Below, piece by piece: positions 8,676 through 16,476 of a DNA stretch of 33,531 bases. Source of the DNA: a virus (taxonomy: Duplodnaviria > Caudoviricetes). The stretch spans positions 1 to 33,531 of IMG/VR virus record IMGVR_UViG_3300037518_000469; one strand, written 5' to 3'. The stretch's first letter is position 1. The number at the start of each line of letters is the position of its first letter. The notes below the pieces were generated by a model, which saw only the letters and a program-made list of their open reading frames with translations, searched no databases and had not been told where the DNA came from. The position numbers were made by a program, and so were the translations under genes.

Positions 8676-8902
8676 GGTTGGTCCTCCTGGGAAACGGCCG
8701 TTTCCAGCTCCCGTCGCTCTTTGGCAATCGCCAGCAGGTCGGCGGCCGTAAACTGGTAGCTGATGCCGGTGGCGTCGGTTACGCTGATGAGTGTTTGGCC
8801 GCAGCCCCAATCGCACTCCAGCAGCGTGACGTTGCCATGGTCCGCCATTACTACGGCGGCGCTGTGTTCGCAGGTTTTGTATGTTGGTTTGGGTTCGGTC
8901 AT
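8672..8902 (-). CDS. Small Cys/His protein
   Basis: CEH...CDWGC; GGAG SD. Confidence 0.7.
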   Translation of the reverse strand: MTEPKPTYKTCEHSAAVVMADHGNVTLLECDWGCGQTLISVTDATGISYQFTAADLLAIAKERRELETAVSQEDQP

Positions 8903-8993
8903 TTTGTCTCCATTTGGTTTGGTTTGGTGGAACGGCCGTTTCCCCCTGCCCTGTTGTGCGAGGGGTGGGGGACGGCCGTGCGGCCGTGGTTGG

Positions 8994-9851
8994 TTATGCC
9001 TCTATTGATATCCCTTCTGGGAGAGGCGTCTTGTATTGGTATTGTCGCCAATAGGCGATTACTTCTTCTGGTACGTCGAGGCGGACATACTCGCCTTCTA
9101 ATGGCTCCCTTCTTATGGCTATGGTTATGCCTAAAGAATCGTCATTGTAGACACCTAGCCACGATCCGGAATTCTTTCTATTGAAAATGCAATTCTTGAG
9201 GGCCGTATTCAGGGCACTTTCGACGGAACTTCGTTTTGACCGATATTTATTATGAACCCCCTCTATCACATCTCCTACCCTGCTAACGGTTATATATTGT
9301 TCATTCTCCATGTGGAAACGAAGGCCGGGGGCGTGCATTACATACCACTCGTCATATTCGACAAGCTCCCAAAATCCGCCGTAATCAAAACTGATTCGCT
9401 CCCAAAATCCCCAGGGGTTTGTGGTTGGGTAACGAAATTGCCCCTTGTGGCTCATCTTGAATGTGAATGACTGCCCAATCTCCAGAGAAAAAGGCGCATT
9501 CTCTCGCATTACGTCATCGCCTAGGGCATCATGCAGATCCTCGAATTCCTGGACTGATGATTCTGGCTGCTGAATAGCAACCTTCGGGGATTCCTGCCAA
9601 TCGGGAAAGGCGGCCTTCACGGCCTCAATAAATGACATTAACCTATCGTTTTCCTTATACCACTCCCCACGTACAAGATGCTCAGAAAAAGCCTCTTGTA
9701 AACCAGATTCAAACCCAATATCTCCCGGCATAACCGCCAACATATCCAGAGAATCAGGGCTTCCAGTTTGTAGGCTTGCCATTCGCTTCCAGGGATTATC
9801 TGACTTCCCTATTTTGATACAATCACCAGACCTTATGAAGTAAACCGCCAT
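8994..9851 (-). CDS. GIY-YIG-superfamily (T5orf172/MUG113-like) domain protein with unknown C-terminal domain
   Basis: VYFI...IKIGKS..P.KRM..LQTGSP..L.....E...Q..F....RGEWY; low GC; GGAGG SD. Confidence 0.85.
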   Translation of the reverse strand: MAVYFIRSGDCIKIGKSDNPWKRMASLQTGSPDSLDMLAVMPGDIGFESGLQEAFSEHLVRGEWYKENDRLMSFIEAVKAAFPDWQESPKVAIQQPESSVQEFEDLHDALGDDVMRENAPFSLEIGQSFTFKMSHKGQFRYPTTNPWGFWERISFDYGGFWELVEYDEWYVMHAPGLRFHMENEQYITVSRVGDVIEGVHNKYRSKRSSVESALNTALKNCIFNRKNSGSWLGVYNDDSLGITIAIRREPLEGEYVRLDVPEEVIAYWRQYQYKTPLPEGISIEA

Positions 9852-9866
9852 GCTGACCTCCAATGC

Positions 9867-10013
9867 AAAAATGCCGCCGCTACTTTGTAGTTGTCTAGGC
9901 TACAGCGGGGGCATCCCGCAAAAGTAACGGCGGCATCTCTGCCACAAAGTATTTGATTGTCGGGATCAAAAAATGCCCCGAACGCTATAGCCTAGACAGC
10001 TAAAATTATACCA
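9867..10013 (-). promoter_or_regulatory. Extended -10 promoter plus structured leader with interleaved inverted repeats
   Basis: TGGTATAAT at 10005-10013; stems 9973-9998/9892-9914 and 9919-9936/9871-9887 followed by a U tract. Confidence 0.65.
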
Positions 10014-10031
10014 CGAAACGGCCGTTTTGGA

Positions 10032-10256
10032 TCATGCAGTTTCTGCCTTTTCCTCAACAAGCGGGGCATAACCCAGCGCCCCGCCTGCTAAGGTAACGTC
10101 ACCTACAAAAAGGATGACACCCGCCGGGCGATCCGGTTTTGCGGTAACATTTTTCACCGCTACCAGAAGCCCGGCGGCCTTCATTTCCTTGATGGTCGTT
10201 GCCAGGAACTCGACGGCCGATTTTTGTTCAAGATGCTCTACATTATATTTACTCAT
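10032..10256 (-). CDS. Hypothetical protein
   Basis: ATGA-coupled ORF. Confidence 0.65.
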   Translation of the reverse strand: MSKYNVEHLEQKSAVEFLATTIKEMKAAGLLVAVKNVTAKPDRPAGVILFVGDVTLAGGALGYAPLVEEKAETA

Positions 10257-10644
10257 GAGATCGCCCTTTTGCCTCCAGATTTGTACTCATTGATGCGCTT
10301 TCCGGTTTTCTTATCTACCTTACCTTTGCGCTTTCGGTAATTATAGTGGAGCATCGTTGACCCGTCTTGCTTATGGTAGTACCGCTTTTCGATACGCCAT
10401 ATTTTTGAGTCCACCTTGTCTACCGCAAAAAAATCTACATCCGCAAAATCCTCATCCTCATCATCAAAAAAACCTACCGCAAAATCATCGTCTTTGGTTT
10501 TTGCGGTAGCCCGTTCTACCTCTGGTTTTTGCGGTAGTTTTGCGGTAGATTTTTCCGGCTCATCCTGCTTTTTTGCGGTAGATTTTTCGGCTGGTTTCTC
10601 CGCCGGGCGATCCGGTTTTGCGGTAACATTTTTCACCGCTACCA
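10121..10644 (+). repeat. Perfect 45-bp direct repeat (10121-10165, 10600-10644) and TTTTGCGGTAG array
   Basis: Read directly from sequence. Confidence 0.9.
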
Positions 10645-10747
10645 CATCGCCACATGCCCCAGAAGAAACGGCCGTTTCCTCATCCTCGACAACTTCCATT
10701 ACTGGAACGGCCGTTCTATCGCCACCTTGACGCGCTGCGTCATTCAC
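10253..10747 (-). CDS. Hypothetical protein, low-complexity N-terminus and basic C-terminal domain (possibly DNA-binding)
   Basis: GTGA-coupled; C-terminus KIWRIEKRYYHKQDGSTMLHYNYRKRKGK..; hosts an 11-mer DNA array. Confidence 0.65.
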   Translation of the reverse strand: MNDAARQGGDRTAVPVMEVVEDEETAVSSGACGDVVAVKNVTAKPDRPAEKPAEKSTAKKQDEPEKSTAKLPQKPEVERATAKTKDDDFAVGFFDDEDEDFADVDFFAVDKVDSKIWRIEKRYYHKQDGSTMLHYNYRKRKGKVDKKTGKRINEYKSGGKRAIS

Positions 10748-11685
10748 TCCAGACTGTCCCCGTCGCGCTTTGGGTAGTTGTACCCGTTGCGGCCGTTGTT
10801 CTGCGCCTGGCGCGGCGCTGGCGTAGGGCGGGTGGCTGGCACCTCCTGGCGCGGTTGTGGTGCTGGCTGGCTGGGAGGGGCACTTTTCGCCATGTTCCGA
10901 ACTTGCTGGGTGCGTTCATCGTTTAGGCCCATCGCCCGCGCCACTTGCTCCAGAGCATCATCAACAAAGATGTTGTTTTCCCCCATGCCTTGAATCAGCT
11001 CCTCGATCTTGTCTTTCGTGCCCTGGGCGATACCGGCAATCATCTGGTCCTGAGCGGTGCGGGCCACGTGCAGCGCCTTGGCGCGGTTGCGGTTGCGTTT
11101 TGAGCTATCCCCAGCTGCATAGTAGATAAATACGGCAAGCCCGAAGACGGCCCAGCCAACAGCAATGTTGGCCACGTTGACACCTGCGGCCGTGTCTGCA
11201 TCGTACCAGCCAGGCATCAAGCCCTGGAGCAGGTAGGCGAAAAAGCTCACGGTGCTAATGGCTGCACTCACGGCAGATGCCAATCCCGCAATCCAGGCCA
11301 CAGTTACCTGAGTGCCGTTGATCTCGTAATCGCTTTGCAGTTTGGTTTTCCAAATCCACACGGCCGCCTCGCCGGGCATAATGGCCGCGAGGCCCAGCAA
11401 GCCACCAATCATATACGCCAATACCTCAGTCCAGCCCAGGTCTAGCAAGCTGCCACCCAGGGCCACCACCATGTAAATGATGGTGAATAGGGAGGAGAGA
11501 GCCAGGCCCAGCATGATACCGGTTTCGGCTTTTCCGTTGCTGCTGGCGGCTTCCTCGGTGCGCATGGATTCCTGCGCCTGGTTAAAAATTGTTTTCTGTT
11601 CTTTTACTGGGTTCATTTTTCGTTTCCTTTTTTGGTTGGAAACGGCCGTTTCATCGGTTACAATGTTGGCGGCCGTTTCCTGCAT
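10744..11685 (-). CDS. Four-TM membrane protein with cytoplasmic helical tail
   Basis: Four long hydrophobic segments, then a helical region and a Pro/Gln tail. Confidence 0.8.
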   Translation of the reverse strand: MQETAANIVTDETAVSNQKRKRKMNPVKEQKTIFNQAQESMRTEEAASSNGKAETGIMLGLALSSLFTIIYMVVALGGSLLDLGWTEVLAYMIGGLLGLAAIMPGEAAVWIWKTKLQSDYEINGTQVTVAWIAGLASAVSAAISTVSFFAYLLQGLMPGWYDADTAAGVNVANIAVGWAVFGLAVFIYYAAGDSSKRNRNRAKALHVARTAQDQMIAGIAQGTKDKIEELIQGMGENNIFVDDALEQVARAMGLNDERTQQVRNMAKSAPPSQPAPQPRQEVPATRPTPAPRQAQNNGRNGYNYPKRDGDSLE

Positions 11686-11733
11686 AGTTGACGGTCCAAG
11701 TGAGGCCAGGCGTTCGCGTCTGGCCTTTATTGT

Positions 11734-12021
11734 TTAGCGCTCCCAGCTTTGGCGGGGCAGCTCCGGGGCGGTGTCTACGATGTCAAACTCACCGGCGTAA
11801 TAGTGGGCAATTTGTTCCGGTGAAGCGGGCGAGCCATCGTAATTGACGAACTGTCGCCCGCTGCCGTCGCAGCGTTCACGGATGGCCGGCTGGCGCTGCG
11901 GCTGCTGGATGACAATAACCACCGGTCGCCGGATGATGGGGTGGGTGATAACGGCCGTTTCCCGGCCGGTGTCAATGCCGATTAGGTTCAATAACGGGGT
12001 AATGCTTTTGATAATGTTCAT
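11734..12021 (-). CDS. Hypothetical protein
   Basis: ATG 12021 (MNIIKS) ATGA-coupled, GAGG upstream. Confidence 0.6.
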   Translation of the reverse strand: MNIIKSITPLLNLIGIDTGRETAVITHPIIRRPVVIVIQQPQRQPAIRERCDGSGRQFVNYDGSPASPEQIAHYYAGEFDIVDTAPELPRQSWER

Positions 12022-12422
12022 TTGTCGTTCCTCATGCTGACATACTGCTCGCACAGGCCGCGCTGGGGCTCCGGCAGCGTGCCCAACTGGCCGGCGTTGA
12101 TAATCGACTCGCACAGGTCAATCTCTTGCAACGAGTACGGGCCCATCGGCGGCAAATTGTAATCAGGCACCAATGGCACGGCCGTGGGCGACGCTTCGCT
12201 TACGCTGGGCTGGGGTGCGTAGGTCGGTTGTGGGGCAAAGGTGGGTTGGGGTACGGCCGTATCCGTCGGCACGGCCGTGGGGTAGGTCACCGTTGCCGGG
12301 GCGCCAGTGTCGATGGCGTAGGCGTTCGTGGGTGGCACGGCCGTCAACTGCGGCGGGCCTTTGACGAACATGTATACCACCAGGCCGATCAGGATGAGGA
12401 TGATAAAATCTTTGAGTGTCAT
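12018..12422 (-). CDS. Membrane-anchored Pro/Thr-rich protein
   Basis: N-terminal TM, PTAVP/PQPT repeats, C-terminal Cys pair; AAGGAG SD. Confidence 0.75.
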   Translation of the reverse strand: MTLKDFIILILIGLVVYMFVKGPPQLTAVPPTNAYAIDTGAPATVTYPTAVPTDTAVPQPTFAPQPTYAPQPSVSEASPTAVPLVPDYNLPPMGPYSLQEIDLCESIINAGQLGTLPEPQRGLCEQYVSMRNDK

Positions 12423-12448
12423 GTGTTGCTCCTTTTTTGTTACAATTA

Positions 12449-12835
12449 TTAAATCCGGGTTTGGGTTGCTCCTTTCCCGGTGAGCTGGCCGTGGTCGCGG
12501 CCAGCTCTTTTTGATCTAATTACCCGCCGGGCGTACTCTGTGTCGAGTCGGCCGTCCTCGATTTCTCCCAGCGCCCGCAGGACGTGCCTGCGCTTGATGA
12601 GCGTATCCGGCTTGCGGCGCTGCCGGGGCCTGGCCCGATTGCTCTGATACTGCCGACACAATTCCCGGTACCAGGCTGGGTTGCGCTCGCACACCACGCG
12701 GCGCTGCTGGTCTGTGGGCCAATGCTCCACCGGTGACGGCACCAGCACCACCTCCAGCCGTCGGCTGGCCAGTTCGTGGCGCATCTGCTCGGCGATGAGC
12801 TGGTGGAGGTAGGGGGGGGTATCGTCAACATTCAC
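12449..12835 (-). CDS. Hypothetical basic protein
   Basis: GTGA-coupled to the replication gene. Confidence 0.6.
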   Translation of the reverse strand: MNVDDTPPYLHQLIAEQMRHELASRRLEVVLVPSPVEHWPTDQQRRVVCERNPAWYRELCRQYQSNRARPRQRRKPDTLIKRRHVLRALGEIEDGRLDTEYARRVIRSKRAGRDHGQLTGKGATQTRI

Positions 12836-13593
12836 GCCTTTACCATGCCCTCACAGCGATAGCAGAACTGCCCTTCCAGGCTCCACAGCTGCACGCTGTC
12901 ACACTCCGGGCAGCGCGCCAACTTCACATCCGGCACCGGGTCGCCGTCCAGCAGCTTGGTAATCAGCCAGTTGACCGGATACTTCTCCTCGTTGGCCAAC
13001 GTAGCTTCGCGGGCGGCGATGTGTCCTCTGACAAAATCAGGATCCAGGTTCAGGTCTAGAATCTCATCCAGTTTCTTGGACCGCTTGCCAATCCCGGCCG
13101 CTACCAGGCAATGCCGCAGCTCGTCTTTCACCGGGTTTGGCAGAAAGTCGGAAATTTTCCGACTTTCTCGCGATTCTTCTTCTTCTCCTTCATTTCCTGC
13201 TAACTCTGAATAAGTTTGTGAAGAAGAAGAAGAAGAAAGGGGCAGAAAACCGGAATTTTCCCGATCATCGGAAATTTTCCGACTTTCTCCGTCGAGCAAT
13301 GCCACGGAACCCGCCCCTTCGCCTGGCAATGCCGCGAAGGGTAACGGTAGCTGTCGGACGGCTGCTGTCAATGACCAGCCATTAAATTTCCCGTTGTTCT
13401 GGATCAGCCCCTTAAATTCCAGCCAGGTCAATCCCTGCAGGATCGTTTTGTCGGACATGTCACAGGTGAACATCAAATCCTTGCCCGTCAGGCTGCGGCC
13501 GGATAAAAGCAATATCCACAAAATCTTGGCGGCGGCCGGACTCATACTGCGTACAAAATCCACCTGCTCTTCCCACGTGGCGGCGATGCTCAT
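12832..13593 (-). CDS. Probable replication initiator (lambda O-like layout)
   Basis: N-terminal wHTH, low-complexity linker carrying DNA iterons, C-terminal helical domain and CPEC..CYRC ribbon. Confidence 0.7.
   Translation of the reverse strand: MSIAATWEEQVDFVRSMSPAAAKILWILLLSGRSLTGKDLMFTCDMSDKTILQGLTWLEFKGLIQNNGKFNGWSLTAAVRQLPLPFAALPGEGAGSVALLDGESRKISDDRENSGFLPLSSSSSSQTYSELAGNEGEEEESRESRKISDFLPNPVKDELRHCLVAAGIGKRSKKLDEILDLNLDPDFVRGHIAAREATLANEEKYPVNWLITKLLDGDPVPDVKLARCPECDSVQLWSLEGQFCYRCEGMVKA
13139..13289. other. Putative replication origin (iterons)
   Basis: 13-bp perfect IR AGAAAGTCGGAAA-t-TTTCCGACTTTCT at 13142-13168; TCGGAAATTTTCCGACTTTCTC repeated at 13268-13289; variant at 13241-13264; (GAA)n tracts. 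Confidence 0.65.
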
Positions 13594-13602
13594 ACCATGC
13601 CC

Positions 13603-13719
13603 CTATTTCACCGACCGCTCGTAACGGCCGTTTCTGTACTTCAGCCACTTCCCAACCAGCACCCCCAGCGGCAGGGCTGCCAGAAAATAGATCGCTGCCA
13701 TCAGCAATACGCTACTCAT
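13603..13719 (-). CDS. 38-aa membrane peptide
   Basis: Hand translation MSSVLLMAAIYFLAALPLGVLVGKWLKYRNGRYERSVK*; GGAGG SD. Confidence 0.6.
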   Translation of the reverse strand: MSSVLLMAAIYFLAALPLGVLVGKWLKYRNGRYERSVK

Positions 13720-13933
13720 CCCCCACCTCCTCGGAAACGGCCTGCCCCGAGCCTGTCGCGGGGGCCGTTTTCAGGATCGCTTCAATACGGCGATGTGCCG
13801 CCTGCGGCAGTCCATAAACGGCCGTCATGGCAGACAGCAGGCTGCTGTAGGTTTGCGTACGGCCGTGCAGGTCCACGACTGCGACGGTCTTGATCTCATC
13901 AGGGTTGGGTGTAAAAATCTGCTCGTTGGTCAT
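13712..13933 (-). CDS. Hypothetical protein, first gene of the leftward operon
   Basis: ATG 13933 with AGGAG. Confidence 0.65.
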   Translation of the reverse strand: MTNEQIFTPNPDEIKTVAVVDLHGRTQTYSSLLSAMTAVYGLPQAAHRRIEAILKTAPATGSGQAVSEEVGDE

Positions 13934-14103
13934 AATATTGCTCCTGTGTAAAATAGTGGGGCGGCGGGCATCTTGCCAAAGTAACACCCGCCGCCGGATT
14001 AGCTGAGAGCGCGACTTGAGACCATTTCTAATGGTTTTGGGCCGCGCTTTCGGCTATCTGCGCACATCTATAGTCGCGGCCAGTCAAAAAATAGGGAGAA
14101 AAA

Positions 14104-15021
14104 ATGATAAACCTCACCGTGTCTGCTGCTTTGGATCAGTTCCTGTCCGATCCCCGGCGCAAGCTCATCACCCGGAAAAAATACCTCTACAAATTACGGC
14201 CGTTTCTCGACCAGTACGGCGCTTGCCAGCTCACCAGCATCACCGCCGACCACATCCTGCAATGGTTCCACCGCATGGAGGCCAGCGGCTCGGCCGAGGC
14301 TACCCTGGCTATGATCCGCTCCTGTCTGGTGGCGTTTCTAAATCACTGCGTGGCGGCTGGCTGGCTGGAATCAAATCCGGCCAAAGTGCTGCCCCGCTAC
14401 GACGGCCGTCCCAAGCGGGTCATCACCGCTGACCCAGACCACGTGGCCCAGGCGCTGACTATTTGCGGTTTCTTGGCTAAATCTAGGGATGCGACTAACC
14501 GGCGAGATGCTGCTGTTTTTGCCCTGGCTGCCATCTCTGGCGGCCGTCGCTCCAACATCATGATGATGCCGCACCGGGAAACGCTGTCTGCGCTGGCCTA
14601 TCCCGAGACCGACGCGGCCGTGGGCAATATCTACGCCGTGGCCACGAAGGGAAAAACCCCAATTGAAATTGTGTTTGGGGAATGGCACGCCAACATTCTG
14701 CGCGCCTGGTTGGAGGTGCGGCCGGAAAGTGAACATAACCGGCTGTTTGTGCATTTGCGCCCCGTCTCACTGGGTAGACCGCTGGAAGCCAACGGCCTGG
14801 GCCGCGCCCGGAAAAGCATTTGCAAAATCGCCGGGGTGCCAACGATAACATTCCAACAGCTCCGCAAACTAAAGGGTACACAGATCGCCCGTCGGTACGG
14901 GCTGGAGCTGGCTGCGTCTGCCCTGGGTCACATCAGCGGCACGCGGGTCATCCGGGAGCACTACTACGATCCAGACAAGCACGCTGCGCATGTGGCGATT
15001 TTGGAGACGGGGAAGAGTTAG
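14104..15021 (+). CDS. int: Tyrosine recombinase/integrase (core-binding plus catalytic domains)
   Basis: RDAAVF..SGGRRSNI (catalytic R), TKG, FQQLRK (HxxR with H>Q), LGH, EHYY. Confidence 0.92.
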   Translation: MINLTVSAALDQFLSDPRRKLITRKKYLYKLRPFLDQYGACQLTSITADHILQWFHRMEASGSAEATLAMIRSCLVAFLNHCVAAGWLESNPAKVLPRYDGRPKRVITADPDHVAQALTICGFLAKSRDATNRRDAAVFALAAISGGRRSNIMMMPHRETLSALAYPETDAAVGNIYAVATKGKTPIEIVFGEWHANILRAWLEVRPESEHNRLFVHLRPVSLGRPLEANGLGRARKSICKIAGVPTITFQQLRKLKGTQIARRYGLELAASALGHISGTRVIREHYYDPDKHAAHVAILETGKS

Positions 15022-15300
15022 GGAGAAGGGGCAAAGAGTCTGCCAACGGCCGTTTCTCGGAGATGACAAACGGCCGTTGGCTAGAAGAAGAGGGTATTCT
15101 CGCGGCCGGGTCGCAAACGGCCGTAGGAACCAAAGAAAAAGGCGGCGGGGAAAACACAGTTGGAGAAGCCGGTTAATAAAAACCCGCCGCCAGTTTGCAA
15201 AACGGCCGTGCGCGTTTGGTAATCGACGGCCGTAAATGCTGAAATCATCCAGGAGCTAGCCCGTGCAGGGCTAATTCCTGGGGACGCCCCCACCACGAGT

Positions 15301-15346
15301 TAGCCCTTTCAAGGCTAAGACCGGAGTTCGAATCTCCGTGAGGGCA
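15301..15346 (+). other. attP core: 3' part of tRNA-Glu(UUC)
   Basis: Anticodon arm TAGCC-CTTTCAA-GGCTA, T arm CGGAG-TTCGAAT-CTCCG, acceptor 3' strand TGAGGGCA; no D arm; 280 bp after the integrase. Confidence 0.85.
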
Positions 15347-15472
15347 TGAGAATCTTGATTTTCCGATCCGCCATTGGGATCGGTTCGGTTGTAAAGGTTC
15401 TGATCAAACAGCCAGGGCCGGAAACATTAGGCCGTCTGCGGCCCTGGCTGTGAATTTGTTAAGGGTAAAATT

Positions 15473-15754
15473 ATGCGTTGGGAATATTGCAAGATCGTAT
15501 GGCTTAAGGCGCAGGTCGAAAATGGGGATTTCCCCAGTGACTTTAAAGGCGCAATCGTATCTGACCCGGTTCATGATGTGTCTGCTGCCGTAGTAGGCCA
15601 TATTTATTACCCAAATCGCAGAGATACTACGACTAACTTGCTAAAAACAATCGCCCGTCTCGGAGACGACGGTTGGGAGATGGTTTCTCATTCCTTCTCC
15701 CGCGAAAAAGCGGGCGACACGGAAATCCTTTATTTCAAGCGGCTAGTTCAGTGA
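15473..15754 (+). CDS. DUF4177-like small protein
   Basis: MRWEY...LG.DGWEMVS...YFKR signature; low GC. Confidence 0.75.
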   Translation: MRWEYCKIVWLKAQVENGDFPSDFKGAIVSDPVHDVSAAVVGHIYYPNRRDTTTNLLKTIARLGDDGWEMVSHSFSREKAGDTEILYFKRLVQ

Positions 15755-15976
15755 ATGATATGCCGCCCATTTAGAGAACTCTTGCGGCGTCATCACGGGA
15801 CGGGTAGGGATTGTGGCGACTTTGCGACTCACCCCTAAAAGGTAAACGGCCGCGCCAATGACTAAAACCAGTAAAGTGAATCTAAATTTGTTCATTTGAG
15901 ATAACGCATCCTTTTGGGTGCTTAATCTAACCCTCTCCTGCCGTTGGTTCGCGCTCGCTGGCGGGGAAGGGTGAGC

Positions 15977-16011
15977 AAAAAGCTCGTGGCCTTATGGTTG
16001 CGGGCTTTTTT
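15977..16011. terminator. Bidirectional intrinsic terminator
   Basis: AAAAAGCTCGTGGCC-TTAT-GGTTGCGGGCTTTTTT between convergent genes. Confidence 0.75.
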
Positions 16012-16015
16012 CCTC

Positions 16016-16306
16016 TTACTGGGCCGGTTCACTTTCCTTAGGCACGAAATCAAAAACCTCGCCAAGCTTCAATTGCTTGACTTCATCAACTGTCAACCCC
16101 AGACCATTAATTAAAATCCCGAACAAAACCTCGCTAGAAATCATTTGAACTGACTCCGGATCGGTAATGTACTTGTGGATGGTTGGATAGCTGACATCCC
16201 CGTCTTTTGCAAGGCGGTACATTGATGTTCCGTACTTATCAAGTAACTCTCGGCCTTTCAGTCGGACAAAGCCATTTGCCATTAAATTCATTGGGCCTCC
16301 GTTCAT
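16016..16306 (-). CDS. Cro/C1-type HTH repressor
   Basis: RLKGRELLDKYGTSMYRLAKDGDVSYPTIHKY HTH; divergent from the early operon; start at 16306 (leaderless) or 16291 (SD). Confidence 0.85.
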   Translation of the reverse strand: MNGGPMNLMANGFVRLKGRELLDKYGTSMYRLAKDGDVSYPTIHKYITDPESVQMISSEVLFGILINGLGLTVDEVKQLKLGEVFDFVPKESEPAQ

Positions 16307-16313
16307 GGTCGCC

Positions 16314-16400
16314 ACTATAACACACCCCTGCGCAGTGTGTCAACACTAACTTATATAACTAGGTATTGACAACTATATCAATACCTGTTAATATACCTAG
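16314..16400. promoter_or_regulatory. Divergent promoters and operator (genetic switch)
   Basis: Minus: TTGACA(16338-43)-18-TATAGT. Plus: TTGACA(16366-71)-17-TAATAT. Inverted repeat AGGTATTGA-8-TCAATACCT at 16361-16386 plus a third ATACCTAG half-site. Confidence 0.8.
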
Positions 16401-16476
16401 TGAATTCAGGCAACAAAAAGGCCCCCGCTCTCTCCAAAGAACCAGGGGCCACGAAACTCACAAGGAGCTTCAAAAC

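Larger units (their letters stand above)
7891..8705 (-). repeat. 23-bp gene-junction repeat GGAAACGGCCGTTTCCCAGGAGG
   Basis: Identical at 7891-7913, 8381-8403 and 8683-8705; 3-mismatch copy at 8085-8107. Confidence 0.95.

Noticed and set aside
8994-9851. Intron-encoded homing endonuclease
   Set aside because: Free-standing gene with its own SD and promoter, no interrupted host gene; T5orf172-type domain
15045-15235. Clustered AACGGCCGT copies as a CRISPR or mini-array
   Set aside because: Repeat only 8-10 bp, irregular spacing, no cas genes; part of the genome-wide palindrome
15270-15346. Complete canonical tRNA-Glu gene
   Set aside because: No D arm and no encoded CCA; treated as attP core
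16366-16476. N-terminal extension of the 16366-16791 ORF
   Set aside because: The TTG is the -35 box; the SD-supported start is 16477
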